DNA of 61,704 nucleotides, the filler included. It is 7 parts of 7 records of this genome, joined end to end, with 100 filler letters (N's around TTAATTAATTAA, not from the genome) between each part and the next. Parts side by side here need not be neighbours in the genome. Positions count along the whole stretch, not along the records: positions 26,867 to 38,275 come from SRR31156797_20467; positions 38,376 to 53,170 come from SRR31156797_20489; 5 more parts are not named here. One strand, written 5' to 3'. Position 1 is the first letter of the stretch. The number at the start of each line of letters is the position of its first letter. Below, piece after piece: positions 30,400-40,414 of this stretch. Below the pieces are notes generated by a model. The model did not search any database. It was given only the letters and a program-made list of their open reading frames with translations, and had not been told where the DNA came from. The position numbers and the translations under genes were made by a program.

Positions 30400-31920
30400 A
30401 TGAGTAAAGAATCGGTCATCAGCCTTAAGAACGTGACCAAGAGTTTTCCCGGTGTCAAGGCGCTCAAGGGATTCGATATGGAGATCTACAGGAACGAGAT
30501 CCTCGGGCTTGTAGGGGAAAACGGCGCCGGGAAGTCGACCCTGATGAAGATCCTGATCGGCATGTATCAGCTGGATCAGGGGACCATGTCCCTCCGGGGG
30601 GAAGAGCTCGTCTTCAGGGACGCCCAGCAGTCCATAAGACAGGGGGTGGGGATGGTGTTCCAGGAGGGATGCATGATTCCCAATCTGACCATCGCGGAGA
30701 ACCTGTTCCTCTGCCATGAACAGGATTTCAAATCCTGGGGACTGATCAGCAATAGGAAGATGACAGAGGCCGCCCGGGAGGCCTTAAAGCATGTGGAGCT
30801 GGACGTCGACCCCTCTACGCCCGTGCACAAGCTTACGCCGGCCCGGAGGCAGATGGTGGAGATCGCCAGGCTGCTCCTGCTCTGCCGCATGTACGGAAAG
30901 GAGAACCCCGTGCTTATCCTTGACGAGCCCACGACGGTTCTGCTGGAAAAGGAGGTGGACACCCTGTTCCGCATCCTCAATGAGATCAAAAAGGAAGCGA
31001 CCATCATACTGATCTCCCACAGGCTGGAAGAGGTTATCGAGAACTCTGACCGCATCGTCGTGCTCAAGGACGGCGACTATGTCACCGAGATGCCCGGCGG
31101 CGAGGCCGATATCCCCACCATCGAACAGCTGATGGTGGGCCGGGATCTGGCGGACGAGCACTACAGGGAGAGCGAGCAGACCAGGGGTGAGGAGGATACC
31201 TGCCTCTCCGTGAGGGCGCTCGGCCTGAAGGGGAAATTCGAGCCCATCTCCTTTGACGTCAGGAAGGGGGAGATCGTCAGCCTGGTCGGATTGATCGGTT
31301 CGGGGAAGGAGGAGCTCTGCCACTGCATAACGGGGGTGGAGACCGCCGACGAAGGCGAGATCCGTATGGACGGGAAGCCGGTGCGGATCAGCAATCCCAA
31401 TGATTCCATACAGAACAAGATCGGATACATTCCCATAGACAGGCGCAAAGAGGGCCTGGCCACCGATATGGATGTCTCCGAGAACATCAACCTGCTGGTC
31501 CTCGACCGTTTCAAGAAGGGCGGCCTGCTGAATCCGTCGGGAGAGAGGAAGAACGCATCCTACTGGGCCGGCGAGACCAGGGTGAAAACCCCTTCCCTGA
31601 AACAGAAGTGCGGAAACCTGAGCGGAGGGAACCAGCAGAAGGTCGTTCTTTCCAAGTGGCTGACCGCCGACTCCCGGCTCCTTATCCTGGAGCACCCCAC
31701 CAGGGGAATCGACGTTGGCGCGAAGGATGAGATCTACCACCATATCAGGGAGCTGGCCAGGAGCGGAAAGTCCATGCTGATCATGTGCGATACCCTGGAA
31801 GAGGATATCGGGCTGTGCAACCGCATGATCATCATGAAAGACGGCCGCTTCGTCAGAGAGCTGGACTGCCCGAAAGAGAGCAAGCCGACTCCGGCCGACA
31901 TTATCTCATCCATAGTATAG
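30400..31920 (+). CDS. Monosaccharide ABC ATPase (RbsA-like, two NBDs)
   Basis: GENGAGKST, LILDEPT, LSGGNQQKV, PTRGIDVGAK. Confidence 0.95.
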   Translation: MSKESVISLKNVTKSFPGVKALKGFDMEIYRNEILGLVGENGAGKSTLMKILIGMYQLDQGTMSLRGEELVFRDAQQSIRQGVGMVFQEGCMIPNLTIAENLFLCHEQDFKSWGLISNRKMTEAAREALKHVELDVDPSTPVHKLTPARRQMVEIARLLLLCRMYGKENPVLILDEPTTVLLEKEVDTLFRILNEIKKEATIILISHRLEEVIENSDRIVVLKDGDYVTEMPGGEADIPTIEQLMVGRDLADEHYRESEQTRGEEDTCLSVRALGLKGKFEPISFDVRKGEIVSLVGLIGSGKEELCHCITGVETADEGEIRMDGKPVRISNPNDSIQNKIGYIPIDRRKEGLATDMDVSENINLLVLDRFKKGGLLNPSGERKNASYWAGETRVKTPSLKQKCGNLSGGNQQKVVLSKWLTADSRLLILEHPTRGIDVGAKDEIYHHIRELARSGKSMLIMCDTLEEDIGLCNRMIIMKDGRFVRELDCPKESKPTPADIISSIV

Positions 31921-31930
31921 GAGTTCCAAG

Positions 31931-32911
31931 ATGAATAACCTTTTCAAGACCCTGTCGAGGGGGAAAGACGGTGCGGAGAAGAAGCAGATTCCCTCCATCT
32001 TTTACGCCCTGGGAATGCTGATCTTCTTTGTTCTGGTGTTCTCACTGGTCAATCCCTCGTTCTTCAAGCGCTATAATGTTATGACCATCGGGACGTCCAG
32101 CGTGATTCTCCTCGCCGTCGGCATGGGGCAGGTGTTCACCATCCTGACGGGAGGCATCGACCTGTCCGTGGGCGGGATCATGTCCCTGGTGTCCGTCGTC
32201 TTTATGATCACCCTGGAGCCCTTGGGCTACGGAGCCTATCCGGTCGCCCTGCTCGTCGGCCTGGCGGCCGGTTTCCTGAACGGCTACCTCAATGCCAAGC
32301 TCAGGATCCCTTCGTTTATCACGACCCTGGGGAGCGGGGGGATATTCGTCAGCATCGCCTATATGATCTCGGCCAAGCCCTTGTCCGCGCCGGCGCCGAG
32401 CTTCGGGGTACTGGAGTTTATCAACGGAAGCGCTCTGGGCGTTAAGAACATCATGCTTATCGGCGTGGTCATATTCGTTATCTTCTACATCATCCAGACC
32501 TATACGATCACGGGACGGCATATCATGTTTATGGGAAGCAACGAAAAGATGTCCTGGATGAGCGGCCTGGATATCTTCAAGCTCCGGGTACTGGCGTTCA
32601 CCCTGTCGGGTATCGGCGCCGGTCTGGCGGGGATCATGCTCTCCTCCACCCTCTACAGCGGATACCCCACCATGGGGAACGTCTATGTGCTCAACTCCAT
32701 CGCCACGGTCGTGGTGGGGGGGACGGCCATGACGGGAGGGGCCGGAGGGATTCTGAATACCCTTGTGGGCGCTCTTATCATGAGCGTGATCAACAACGGC
32801 ATGAACGTCATCGGCGTCGATGTGTACGCGCAGCAGAGCTTCCTGGGCGTGCTGATCATCATCGCCGTGGCCATCAGCTTCGACAGAAAGAAACTGACCG
32901 TAATCAAATAG
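31931..32911 (+). CDS. Monosaccharide ABC permease
   Basis: GGIDLSVG, TVVVGGTAMTGG. Confidence 0.93.
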   Translation: MNNLFKTLSRGKDGAEKKQIPSIFYALGMLIFFVLVFSLVNPSFFKRYNVMTIGTSSVILLAVGMGQVFTILTGGIDLSVGGIMSLVSVVFMITLEPLGYGAYPVALLVGLAAGFLNGYLNAKLRIPSFITTLGSGGIFVSIAYMISAKPLSAPAPSFGVLEFINGSALGVKNIMLIGVVIFVIFYIIQTYTITGRHIMFMGSNEKMSWMSGLDIFKLRVLAFTLSGIGAGLAGIMLSSTLYSGYPTMGNVYVLNSIATVVVGGTAMTGGAGGILNTLVGALIMSVINNGMNVIGVDVYAQQSFLGVLIIIAVAISFDRKKLTVIK

Positions 32912-32982
32912 CGGCTTTCCTGTATGGCCGGCGGCGGACATCCCTCTCCGCCGGCTTCCGCTACCAGCCATTGGAGGCAATC

Positions 32983-34413
32983 ATGAATCTCAAGATAGGA
33001 CTGGCCGGCGCGGTACATATCAATATGCCCGGCGACGATAGAGCTCTGTTCGCTCAGGTGAGCAGTGTGATGAAAGACAAGGAGAAGGATCTGGACTATG
33101 AACTGGTCCTGTGGACGGAAATCCTGACAAGCGAAGAGGGGAGCGCCAAGGCCCTCCGCTATTTCAGAGAACAGGGGGTCGACCTGATCCTTCTGTTCTG
33201 CGCCTCCCTTCCCTACGGCAGGGCGGTTCTCCCCTTCGCCGAGTTCGAGGGCGCCCTGGGGATCTGGTCCGTTCCCGAGCCGGCGAGCGGCGGTGTGCTG
33301 CAGCTGAACTCCTACTGCGGTCTGAATATGTTCGGTTCCATACTGAGGAACTACTTCCCCGAACGGGACCTGAAGTACAAGTGGTTCTACGGCATGCCCG
33401 ACGCGGAGATTTTCAACCGCCGTCTGGACGCCACCGTCCGGGCCCTGAAGGCCGTGAAGAGGCTGAAGGACCTCCGGATAGGACAGATCGGGGATCTGGC
33501 AGACGGTTTCGAGAACCTCTATGTGGATGAGCGGGTGCTTTACGACAGGCTGGGAACGAAGGTCTACGCCCGCCATACGGTGGAAGAGATCGTGGCCCGG
33601 GCCGAAACATACAGGACCGGCGGGGTGGAAGAGGAGATCCGCCGCATCCGCGCGGAGGGGCGCTGCGTAGGCCCCTCCGTCTCGGCGTCGCATCTGGAGA
33701 AGGCGGCCCGGATCAATCTGGCCCTGGCGGACTTCGCCCGTGAGAACCGCTACGACGCCCTGGCTGTCAGCTGCTGGAGCCGTTTCCAGGAGGTCTACGA
33801 TGTGGCCGTATGCGGCGCCATGAGCCGCTTGAACCAGATGGGGGTCGTCGCCCCCTGCGAGGCGGATATCAGCTCGGCGGTCGGCATGGTCATGCTGGGC
33901 GCCATGGGAGGAGGTCCCGCCTCGCTGAACGATATGGTGGCTCTGGATGAATCCGATACGAGTCTGGCCCTCTGGCACTGCGGCGTCGCCCCCGGCTGCT
34001 GGGCGGACGAAAGGGGCGTCTCCTGGGACGGGCACTTCAATATCGGACGCTATGAGGGGAAGGAATGGATCGGCAGCGGCGTCGTCGCCGACATGAATTT
34101 CAAGAGGGGCCTCAAGACCGTCTGCGCCCTGCGCAATGACTTCTCCAGCCTCTTCCTTCTGACAGGCGAGTCTCTGTCCGAGAAGAAAGGCTATGCCGGT
34201 TCGGGAGGATGGCTGGGGGACCTGAAGGTCAACGGAAGATCCGTCACCATCCCCGATCTGATCAACACCATTTCCGTCGGGCGGGTGAACCATCACTATC
34301 CCGCCGCCTTCGGGGACCTGAGCGCCTCTGTCAACGAGTTCGCCTTCTGGACGGGGATGAAGGTACAGGACGCCGTTCCCTATACGGACCATATGGTCGA
34401 TTTTTCGGACTGA
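32983..34413 (+). CDS. L-fucose/L-arabinose isomerase family protein
   Basis: LNSYCG, YDALAVSCW, PCEADI, LWHCG, HHY motifs; start at ATG 32983. Confidence 0.85.
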   Translation: MNLKIGLAGAVHINMPGDDRALFAQVSSVMKDKEKDLDYELVLWTEILTSEEGSAKALRYFREQGVDLILLFCASLPYGRAVLPFAEFEGALGIWSVPEPASGGVLQLNSYCGLNMFGSILRNYFPERDLKYKWFYGMPDAEIFNRRLDATVRALKAVKRLKDLRIGQIGDLADGFENLYVDERVLYDRLGTKVYARHTVEEIVARAETYRTGGVEEEIRRIRAEGRCVGPSVSASHLEKAARINLALADFARENRYDALAVSCWSRFQEVYDVAVCGAMSRLNQMGVVAPCEADISSAVGMVMLGAMGGGPASLNDMVALDESDTSLALWHCGVAPGCWADERGVSWDGHFNIGRYEGKEWIGSGVVADMNFKRGLKTVCALRNDFSSLFLLTGESLSEKKGYAGSGGWLGDLKVNGRSVTIPDLINTISVGRVNHHYPAAFGDLSASVNEFAFWTGMKVQDAVPYTDHMVDFSD

Positions 34414-34436
34414 GATACTGAGATAAGGATGGATAT

Positions 34437-35483
34437 ATGAAAGCTGTTGCGGTAATGAAACCGGGGCAAGCGGAGATCGTGGATCTTCCCGTTCCCGGGA
34501 TATCGGATTACGAGGTGCTGGTGCGGACGGAGATCTCTTTTATCTGCAACGCCACCGACAGAAAGGTCATGGACGGCCATTTCCCCGGGATGGGGACGGA
34601 GTGCTATCCCCTGATCCTGGGCCATGAGACCGTGGGGCGGGTGGAAGCCGTCGGCCCGAAGGTGAGGAGTTATAAAACCGGAGACAGAACCGTCGGCGGA
34701 CTTATGCTCGCTCCTCCGGGGGACGGGTTCAAGAGCGGATGGGGCGGCCACTCTGAGTATGTGATCATCACGGACGACCGCGCCATGAAGGAGGACGGCG
34801 CGGCCGATGAGGAGCACGGCTGGAACGACTCCCTCCAGATCATGCAGACCGTCCCCGAGGATATCTCTCTGGAGGCGGCCGGACTGCTCTGTACCTGGAG
34901 GGAGGTCTACGCCGGCATGTTTACGGATTTCAGCCTGAAGGCGGGGGACCATATCGTGGTGTTCGGCGCCGGTCCCGTGGGGTTGAGCTTTATCCGCTTC
35001 GCCCGTCTTACGGGGCTGGGAAGGGTCATCTCCGTAGACCCGCTTCAGGGCAAACGGGAGAGGGCCCTGGCCATGGGGGCGGATCAGGCCGTTGCGCCTG
35101 ACAGCGCCGAGCTGGAAGCCCTTGTACGGGAACAGAAAGGGGGATTCGATGCGGTGATCGACGCGGTGGGGCATGAGAATATCATCAACGCCGCCCTTCC
35201 CATGGTGAAGATGGCCGGTAAGATCTGCGTCTACGGCGTGGTGGGGGCTACCGAGATCACCCTCAAGAAAGACAGGGCTCCCTACAACTTCAATCTTCTC
35301 ATTCACCAGTGGCCCACCCGGGATGCCGAGGCCGCGGCCCAGGCCCCCCTGATCGAGTGGATCAGGCAGGGGAAGCTGAATGCGGATGATTTCGTGACCG
35401 GACGCTTTCCCATGGAGGAGTTCGAAAGGGCCGCTGAGGCGGTTAAGGATCCCGATTCCATCAAGACGATGCTGACATTCTAG
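34437..35483 (+). CDS. Zn-dependent medium-chain (polyol-type) dehydrogenase
   Basis: ICNATD, PLILGHE, GAGPVGL; the structural-zinc Cys cluster is absent. Confidence 0.9.
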   Translation: MKAVAVMKPGQAEIVDLPVPGISDYEVLVRTEISFICNATDRKVMDGHFPGMGTECYPLILGHETVGRVEAVGPKVRSYKTGDRTVGGLMLAPPGDGFKSGWGGHSEYVIITDDRAMKEDGAADEEHGWNDSLQIMQTVPEDISLEAAGLLCTWREVYAGMFTDFSLKAGDHIVVFGAGPVGLSFIRFARLTGLGRVISVDPLQGKRERALAMGADQAVAPDSAELEALVREQKGGFDAVIDAVGHENIINAALPMVKMAGKICVYGVVGATEITLKKDRAPYNFNLLIHQWPTRDAEAAAQAPLIEWIRQGKLNADDFVTGRFPMEEFERAAEAVKDPDSIKTMLTF

Positions 35484-35559
35484 AGAGAGGCCTTCAGGCC
35501 CTCTCCGTAAAAAATAGCCAGGGCGGCCGTGGCGTCCTGGCAGAATATGAGGAACAGAT

Positions 35560-37074
35560 ATGAAATCCTATCTTCTAGCCCATGACCTGGGTACCAGCGG
35601 CAACAAGGCCACACTCTTCGATCTGGAGGGGCGGCTTATAAAAAGCGAGACCTCGGCCTATGAGACCTTCTACAGCAACGGCAACTGGGCCGAACAGGAC
35701 CCCGCCGACTGGTGGCGGGCCGTCTGCGATTCCACCCGCAGCCTCCTGCAGGGCCTGGATCCGAACGAGATCGCGGCGGTCTGCTTCAGCGGGCAGATGA
35801 TGGGCTGCCTGCCCGTGGACCGGGAGGGCCGGCCCCTGCACCGCCATCTGCTCTACTGCGATCAGAGATCCACCGACCAGGAGAGGATCCTGGTGGAAAA
35901 ACTGGGGATGGAGGAGGTGTACAGGATTACCGGACACCGGGCCTCCGCCTCCTACGGCATCACGAAGATGCGCTGGTTCAGGGACAATCTTCCCCGGGTT
36001 TTCTCGGAGACCTCCAAGTTCCTGAACGCCAAGGACTATATGAACTTCAGGCTCACCGGCCGGATGGTGACCGACTACAACGATGCCTCGGGAAACAACG
36101 CCTTTGATATCCACGCCCTGGAGTGGTCCGGAGCGATACTGGAGGCCATGGAGATCCCTCCGGAGATGCTGCCCGAGGCCGTTTCGTCTACGGCTGTCGT
36201 CGGCACGGTGACCCGCGAGGCGGCGGAGGCCAGCGGCTTGAAGGCCGGTACCCCCGTTATCGCCGGTGCCGGCGACGGCGGCTGCGCCACCGTGGGGGCG
36301 GGGTCGGTCAGGCCGGGGAAGGCCTACAACTACCTGGGCTCCTCCTCCTGGATCTCCACCACCAGCAAGGGCGTTGTGAGCGATCCCGAGATGAAGACCT
36401 TCACCTGGGTCCATCCCGTTCCGGGATACCTGCAGCCCTGCGGGACCATGCAGACCGCCGGAAGCTCCTACAACTGGCTGATGAGAGAGCTCTCCCTCAG
36501 GGAAGCGGATCTGGCCTCCGAGTCGGGAAAGAGCATCCATCTGATCCTTGAAGAGCTGATGGCTCTGTCCCCCGCAGGGGCCAATGGGGTGCTCTTCCTT
36601 CCCTATATGCTGGGGGAGAGGAGCCCCCGCTGGAATCCCGATGCCAGGGGGGCCTTCCTGAACCTGAACCTCGAGACCACCCGGGCCGATATGTTCCGGG
36701 CCGTCCTGGAGGGGGTGACCATGAACCTGGACATCATTCTGGAGATCTTTCAGAAGGAGCTCCCCATAGAAAGCCTCCTGGTCATCGGAGGGGGGGCACA
36801 GGGACGGTTCTGGAATCAGCTGATGGCCGACATCTTCGGCATCCCCATCCAGGTTCCCCGTTACCTTGAGGAGGCCACCAGCATGGGAGCGGCCATCATC
36901 GGCGGCGTGGGATGCGGCGCCTTTGACGATTTCAGTGCGGCCGAGCGATTCATCGAGGTCGATCGGGTCGTAGAGCCTTCGGAAGCCCAGGCCGCGTATG
37001 GGCCTTTGAGATCGGTGTTCGACCGGGCATACGGGGCAGTTGAGCCTCTATTTACCGACTTTAAAACGATTTAA
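35560..37074 (+). CDS. xylB: Xylulokinase-like FGGY kinase
   Basis: AHDLGTSGNKA, EQDPADWW, SGQMMG, GAGDG, PYMLGERSP. Confidence 0.82.
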   Translation: MKSYLLAHDLGTSGNKATLFDLEGRLIKSETSAYETFYSNGNWAEQDPADWWRAVCDSTRSLLQGLDPNEIAAVCFSGQMMGCLPVDREGRPLHRHLLYCDQRSTDQERILVEKLGMEEVYRITGHRASASYGITKMRWFRDNLPRVFSETSKFLNAKDYMNFRLTGRMVTDYNDASGNNAFDIHALEWSGAILEAMEIPPEMLPEAVSSTAVVGTVTREAAEASGLKAGTPVIAGAGDGGCATVGAGSVRPGKAYNYLGSSSWISTTSKGVVSDPEMKTFTWVHPVPGYLQPCGTMQTAGSSYNWLMRELSLREADLASESGKSIHLILEELMALSPAGANGVLFLPYMLGERSPRWNPDARGAFLNLNLETTRADMFRAVLEGVTMNLDIILEIFQKELPIESLLVIGGGAQGRFWNQLMADIFGIPIQVPRYLEEATSMGAAIIGGVGCGAFDDFSAAERFIEVDRVVEPSEAQAAYGPLRSVFDRAYGAVEPLFTDFKTI

Positions 37075-37141
37075 ATTGAATGGCAGCCTCCTGTTCCGCA
37101 GGGGGCGCCTGGCCGGTTCCGATGATGTTCAAGAATAGAAT

Positions 37142-37171
37142 TTGACAGATTTGAAAAAGGGGTGATACAAT
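37142..37171 (+). promoter_or_regulatory. Sigma70 promoter
   Basis: TTGACA-N18-TACAAT with extended TG. Confidence 0.6.
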
Positions 37172-37214
37172 CTGAAACGTTTTAGGTTATATGGAGGTAA
37201 AGCGTTCCGCCCCT

Positions 37215-38275
37215 ATGAATAAGACGATTCTCATTGTAGACGACAACTTCAGGGCCTTTAAAAGCCTTACCCTCAACTTCAGGTCCCAGGGCTACGACAC
37301 CCGCTACGCCTCATGCGGAGAGGAGGCCGTCTCCGCCCTGAGACGGGAGCCCTTCTGCATCGTCCTTCTCGACCTTATGCTGGGGGATGAGGACGGCCTG
37401 GATGTGCTGGAACGGATCAGGGCCCTCTCCGACGCCCCCCCCGTGATCATGATCACCGGTTACGCCGGCATTGATTCGGCGGTGGACTCCATCAAAAGGG
37501 GGGCCTTCAACTATCTGCAGAAACCCGTTGATTTCGATCGTCTGCTGGATATGATCGAGACGGTCATGGCGGGAGAGTCGGGGGGAGTCCGGCTTCAGGC
37601 CTTCGAAACAGAGCTCTATAAAACCCGGTCTCCCGAGATGAAGCGGGTGATGGAAAAGGCCCGGAAGCTCGCGGCCACCGACTTCCCCGTGCTGATCCTG
37701 GGAGAGAACGGAACGGGGAAGGAGCTGATGGCCGAGTACATCCACCGGCACTCGGTCCGGAAGGACGCGGATCTCCATAAGATCAACTGCGCCGCCTTTC
37801 AGGAGAGCATCCTGGACAACGAGCTGTTCGGCCATAACAAAGGGGCCTACACCGGGGCCGACGACGATTTTAAGGGAATCTTCGAACTGGCCGACGGCCA
37901 GACCCTCTTTATGGACGAGATCGGGGACATGTCCCTGGCCATACAGGCCAAGATCCTCAGGACATTGCAGAACCGCGAGATCCGCCGCATAGGCGGGAAC
38001 AGGGTCATCACCGTGGACGTCCGCTTCATCGCGGCCACCAACAAGGACATCGAGGCTATGATCGGAGCGAAGGAGTTCCGGCAGGACCTCTACTACCGCC
38101 TGAACACGGCGATCGTCCACATCCCCCCTCTCCGGGAACGACTGGATGACATAGACTATCTGGCGGATATCTTCCTGAAGGATCAGCCCGGCGGCGATGA
38201 CAGGGGCTTCTCGGAAGAGGTGTTGGAGATCTTCCGGGAATACGGCTGGCCCGGCAATGTGAGGGAGCTGAAGAA
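37215..38275 (+). CDS. NtrC-family sigma54 response regulator, 3'-truncated
   Basis: REC, GENGTGKE, GAYTGA, LFMDEIGD, WPGNVREL; start could be 37191. Confidence 0.94.
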
Positions 38276-38375
38276 NNNNNNNNNNNNNNNNNNNNNNNNN
38301 NNNNNNNNNNNNNNNNNNNTTAATTAATTAANNNNNNNNNNNNNNNNNNNNNNNNNNNNNNNNNNNNNNNNNNNN
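38276..38375. other. Artificial contig spacer
   Basis: N44-TTAATTAATTAA-N44. Confidence 0.99.
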
Positions 38376-38456
38376 ATGTTTCTTCATTCTTAATCTACCT
38401 CTTCCTCTTTGGTGGCTCTATGGATTGAGTCGCCCTTTTTTTGTCTCTAATACCTA

Positions 38457-38499
38457 TTGACTGTGAAAGGATATAGTAGTATCATAGAACATACATTCG
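38457..38499 (+). promoter_or_regulatory. SigA promoter with a Firmicutes LexA (Cheo) box
   Basis: TTGACT-N17-TATCAT followed at once by AGAACATACATTCG (GAAC-N4-GTTC with one mismatch). Confidence 0.7.
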
Positions 38500-38540
38500 A
38501 ATGTATCAAATGCAACTTCAAGAAGTAGAGGTAAATAGAT

Positions 38541-38759
38541 ATGAACACGGTTGGTTACAGAATTAAAAAGCATAGGATGGGTAATATGCTATCGAGAAGA
38601 GAGCTTGCAGAGAAAGTGGACATTACTCCGGAAGCAGTAAGGAACTATGAGGTAAACAAAAGGCTGCCCCGGATGGGCATCGCTATTAGGTTATCAGATG
38701 TATTGGGTGTAAGTTTAGATGATTTGTTCAGGGATGGTGCAGAGGATGAAGAAAAATGA
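38541..38759 (+). CDS. XRE-family HTH regulator
   Basis: LSRRELAEKVDITPEAVRNYEVNKRLP; GAGGT RBS. Confidence 0.9.
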   Translation: MNTVGYRIKKHRMGNMLSRRELAEKVDITPEAVRNYEVNKRLPRMGIAIRLSDVLGVSLDDLFRDGAEDEEK

Positions 38760-38871
38760 GGGTGAGAGAGAAAAAAGACAAAACATATTGATGAGCAATA
38801 TAAAATACATAATAATTGGTAATGAACGGATTAAAAGTGTGCTATGGAATAATAAAGAGAAGAATGAGTAG
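38746..38871 (+). CDS. Possible 41-aa ORF (MKKNEGERE...NKEKNE)
   Basis: Overlaps the 3' end of the XRE gene and ends at the terminator; weak RBS. Confidence 0.35.
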   Translation: MKKNEGEREKRQNILMSNIKYIIIGNERIKSVLWNNKEKNE

Positions 38872-38893
38872 GGGATTGTTATAATCCCCTTTA
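38870..38893. terminator. Hairpin terminator between the convergent XRE and higA genes
   Basis: AGGGGATT-GTTAT-AATCCCCT followed by a T-rich tract. Confidence 0.65.
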
Positions 38894-38915
38894 TTCTATG
38901 CAAAAGTATAGTTGT

Positions 38916-39965
38916 TTATATATAGTTGAATTGTTCATATCCGATTAATTCATCGTGTTGTAAAAAGCCGACAATAATACATGGTAGTATATTTTGTTTC
39001 TTAGCAAATCCCGTTATGCTTTGTTTTGTAAAAACTTTCTTTGAAGTAAATTCTGCGTAATCATCAAGATTTACAAGTAAACTACGTGCAAAATCATTCG
39101 CTTCTTTTTCTTTTGGTTTAGATTCTTTAGTTTCTTCTTCCATTGAGATTATTGGTTCTTTTGAATCATAATGAAGAAACAGATGTGCTATTTCGTGCAT
39201 GAAGGCAAACCACCGATGTGAGTGACTTTTAAAACGTCCACTTAGGTATATTGTGGGAAGCCCTTTATAAGTGGTGAGTGCACCTCTAACTTTACTATTT
39301 GTTATAGCTTCACAAATGACTAAGTAAATACCTAGTTTATTACATAATCTACGGCAACTATTTAGTGATAGTTCAGTTTCGTGATTGGTAGATAAAAGCT
39401 TGAATTTATCAAAATTCTTTTTTAATTCAGATTTATTATAAGTTTTCTCACCTAATTCTTTGTTTTGAATTTCTATTTCAGTTTCACACAAATTCATCCA
39501 TATTGCAATTGCTTCTTTTTCGCCGCCATCTTCCATGAAGTCTGCGTTTATATTTGCATAAGCAGCTTCAAACTGACTAAACTTACTTATTTTTAGTAAC
39601 TTCAACATTTCTATTGCTTGTTCTACTAGGCTCAAACCTAAACCTTCAAAAACTTCTTTAAATCTAAATCTATTTGCTGTAGCTTTTAAATTGATATTAT
39701 TTAAATCGCCCTTTTCTTTCTCCCTTGCTAAGTATTCCCTATATTTACTTTCATAATTTATCCAATACGAAGCCTCAATACCTGTTAATACTTTTTCAAG
39801 TTTTAATGCAAATTCTACAGTTAAAACGCTTTTATCGTTAAGCACATTAGATATATGTTTTTCTGTCATTCCAGTTCTCTTAGCTAATTCTTTTTGACTA
39901 ATTTTATACTCATCAAGATATTCTTTTATTAAATTTCCTGTTGGTGAAATATATATGTTTTTCAT
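38916..39965 (-). CDS. higA: HigA antitoxin HTH fused to an ImmA/IrrE (M78) metallopeptidase
   Basis: PTGNLIKEYL...SQKELAKRTG...ALKLEKVL...YWINY; FMHEIAH (HExxH) and EKEANDFA. Confidence 0.9.
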   Translation of the reverse strand: MKNIYISPTGNLIKEYLDEYKISQKELAKRTGMTEKHISNVLNDKSVLTVEFALKLEKVLTGIEASYWINYESKYREYLAREKEKGDLNNINLKATANRFRFKEVFEGLGLSLVEQAIEMLKLLKISKFSQFEAAYANINADFMEDGGEKEAIAIWMNLCETEIEIQNKELGEKTYNKSELKKNFDKFKLLSTNHETELSLNSCRRLCNKLGIYLVICEAITNSKVRGALTTYKGLPTIYLSGRFKSHSHRWFAFMHEIAHLFLHYDSKEPIISMEEETKESKPKEKEANDFARSLLVNLDDYAEFTSKKVFTKQSITGFAKKQNILPCIIVGFLQHDELIGYEQFNYI

Positions 39966-39981
39966 ATCTTCACAGCCTTTC

Positions 39982-40296
39982 TTAATGGTAGTCTTCTAAG
40001 TTGATTATTCTTATATCAGTTATAGTTGTTAAGTCGTTAATATTGAAATCGCCAATTGGCTCAATGATAAATCGATGATTTCTTGAGTAATCAACACCCC
40101 AATGATCTTTTAAATCACCTTCTAACTTGTGTCTTCTTGGGGGCGGAATATGAGGTATTTTTTTTAAATTGTCCACATTTTTTAATTCTGAATGCCTATT
40201 AAGTATATTTTTCCAATGTTTAGTATAGTGCTTTTTAATTAGTCTTGGGTCTGATAGTATTTTCTCCAATTTAGTTGATGAGTATTTTATATTCAT
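39982..40296 (-). CDS. higB: HigB/RelE-family toxin
   Basis: MNIKYSSTKLEK...RHKLEGDLKDHWGVD...RFIIEP...IINLEDYH; upstream of higA; start reassigned to 40296. Confidence 0.88.
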   Translation of the reverse strand: MNIKYSSTKLEKILSDPRLIKKHYTKHWKNILNRHSELKNVDNLKKIPHIPPPRRHKLEGDLKDHWGVDYSRNHRFIIEPIGDFNINDLTTITDIRIINLEDYH

Positions 40297-40311
40297 GAAG
40301 CTCCCCCCGTC

Positions 40312-40387
40312 GTTACATATTTTAACATAATTAACCTCATAGGTCAATTTTATATTTGTTTATATATTGTAACATTTTTGTTATAAT
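40312..40387. promoter_or_regulatory. Divergent promoters of higBA and the sce7726-like gene
   Basis: Minus strand: TTGACC(40347-40342)-N17-TAAAAT overlapped by GTTA-N7-TAAC. Plus strand: extended -10 TGTTATAAT inside the palindrome ATTGTAACA-N4-TGTTATAAT (40366-40387). Confidence 0.6.
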
Positions 40388-40414
40388 ATAAATTGAAAGA
40401 TAGGTAGGTACGAG

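Noticed and set aside
31680-31810. Degenerate Walker B (LEHPT) and missing H-loop in the second NBD of the RbsA-like ATPase
   Set aside because: Asymmetric degeneracy is normal for CUT2-family tandem ATPases
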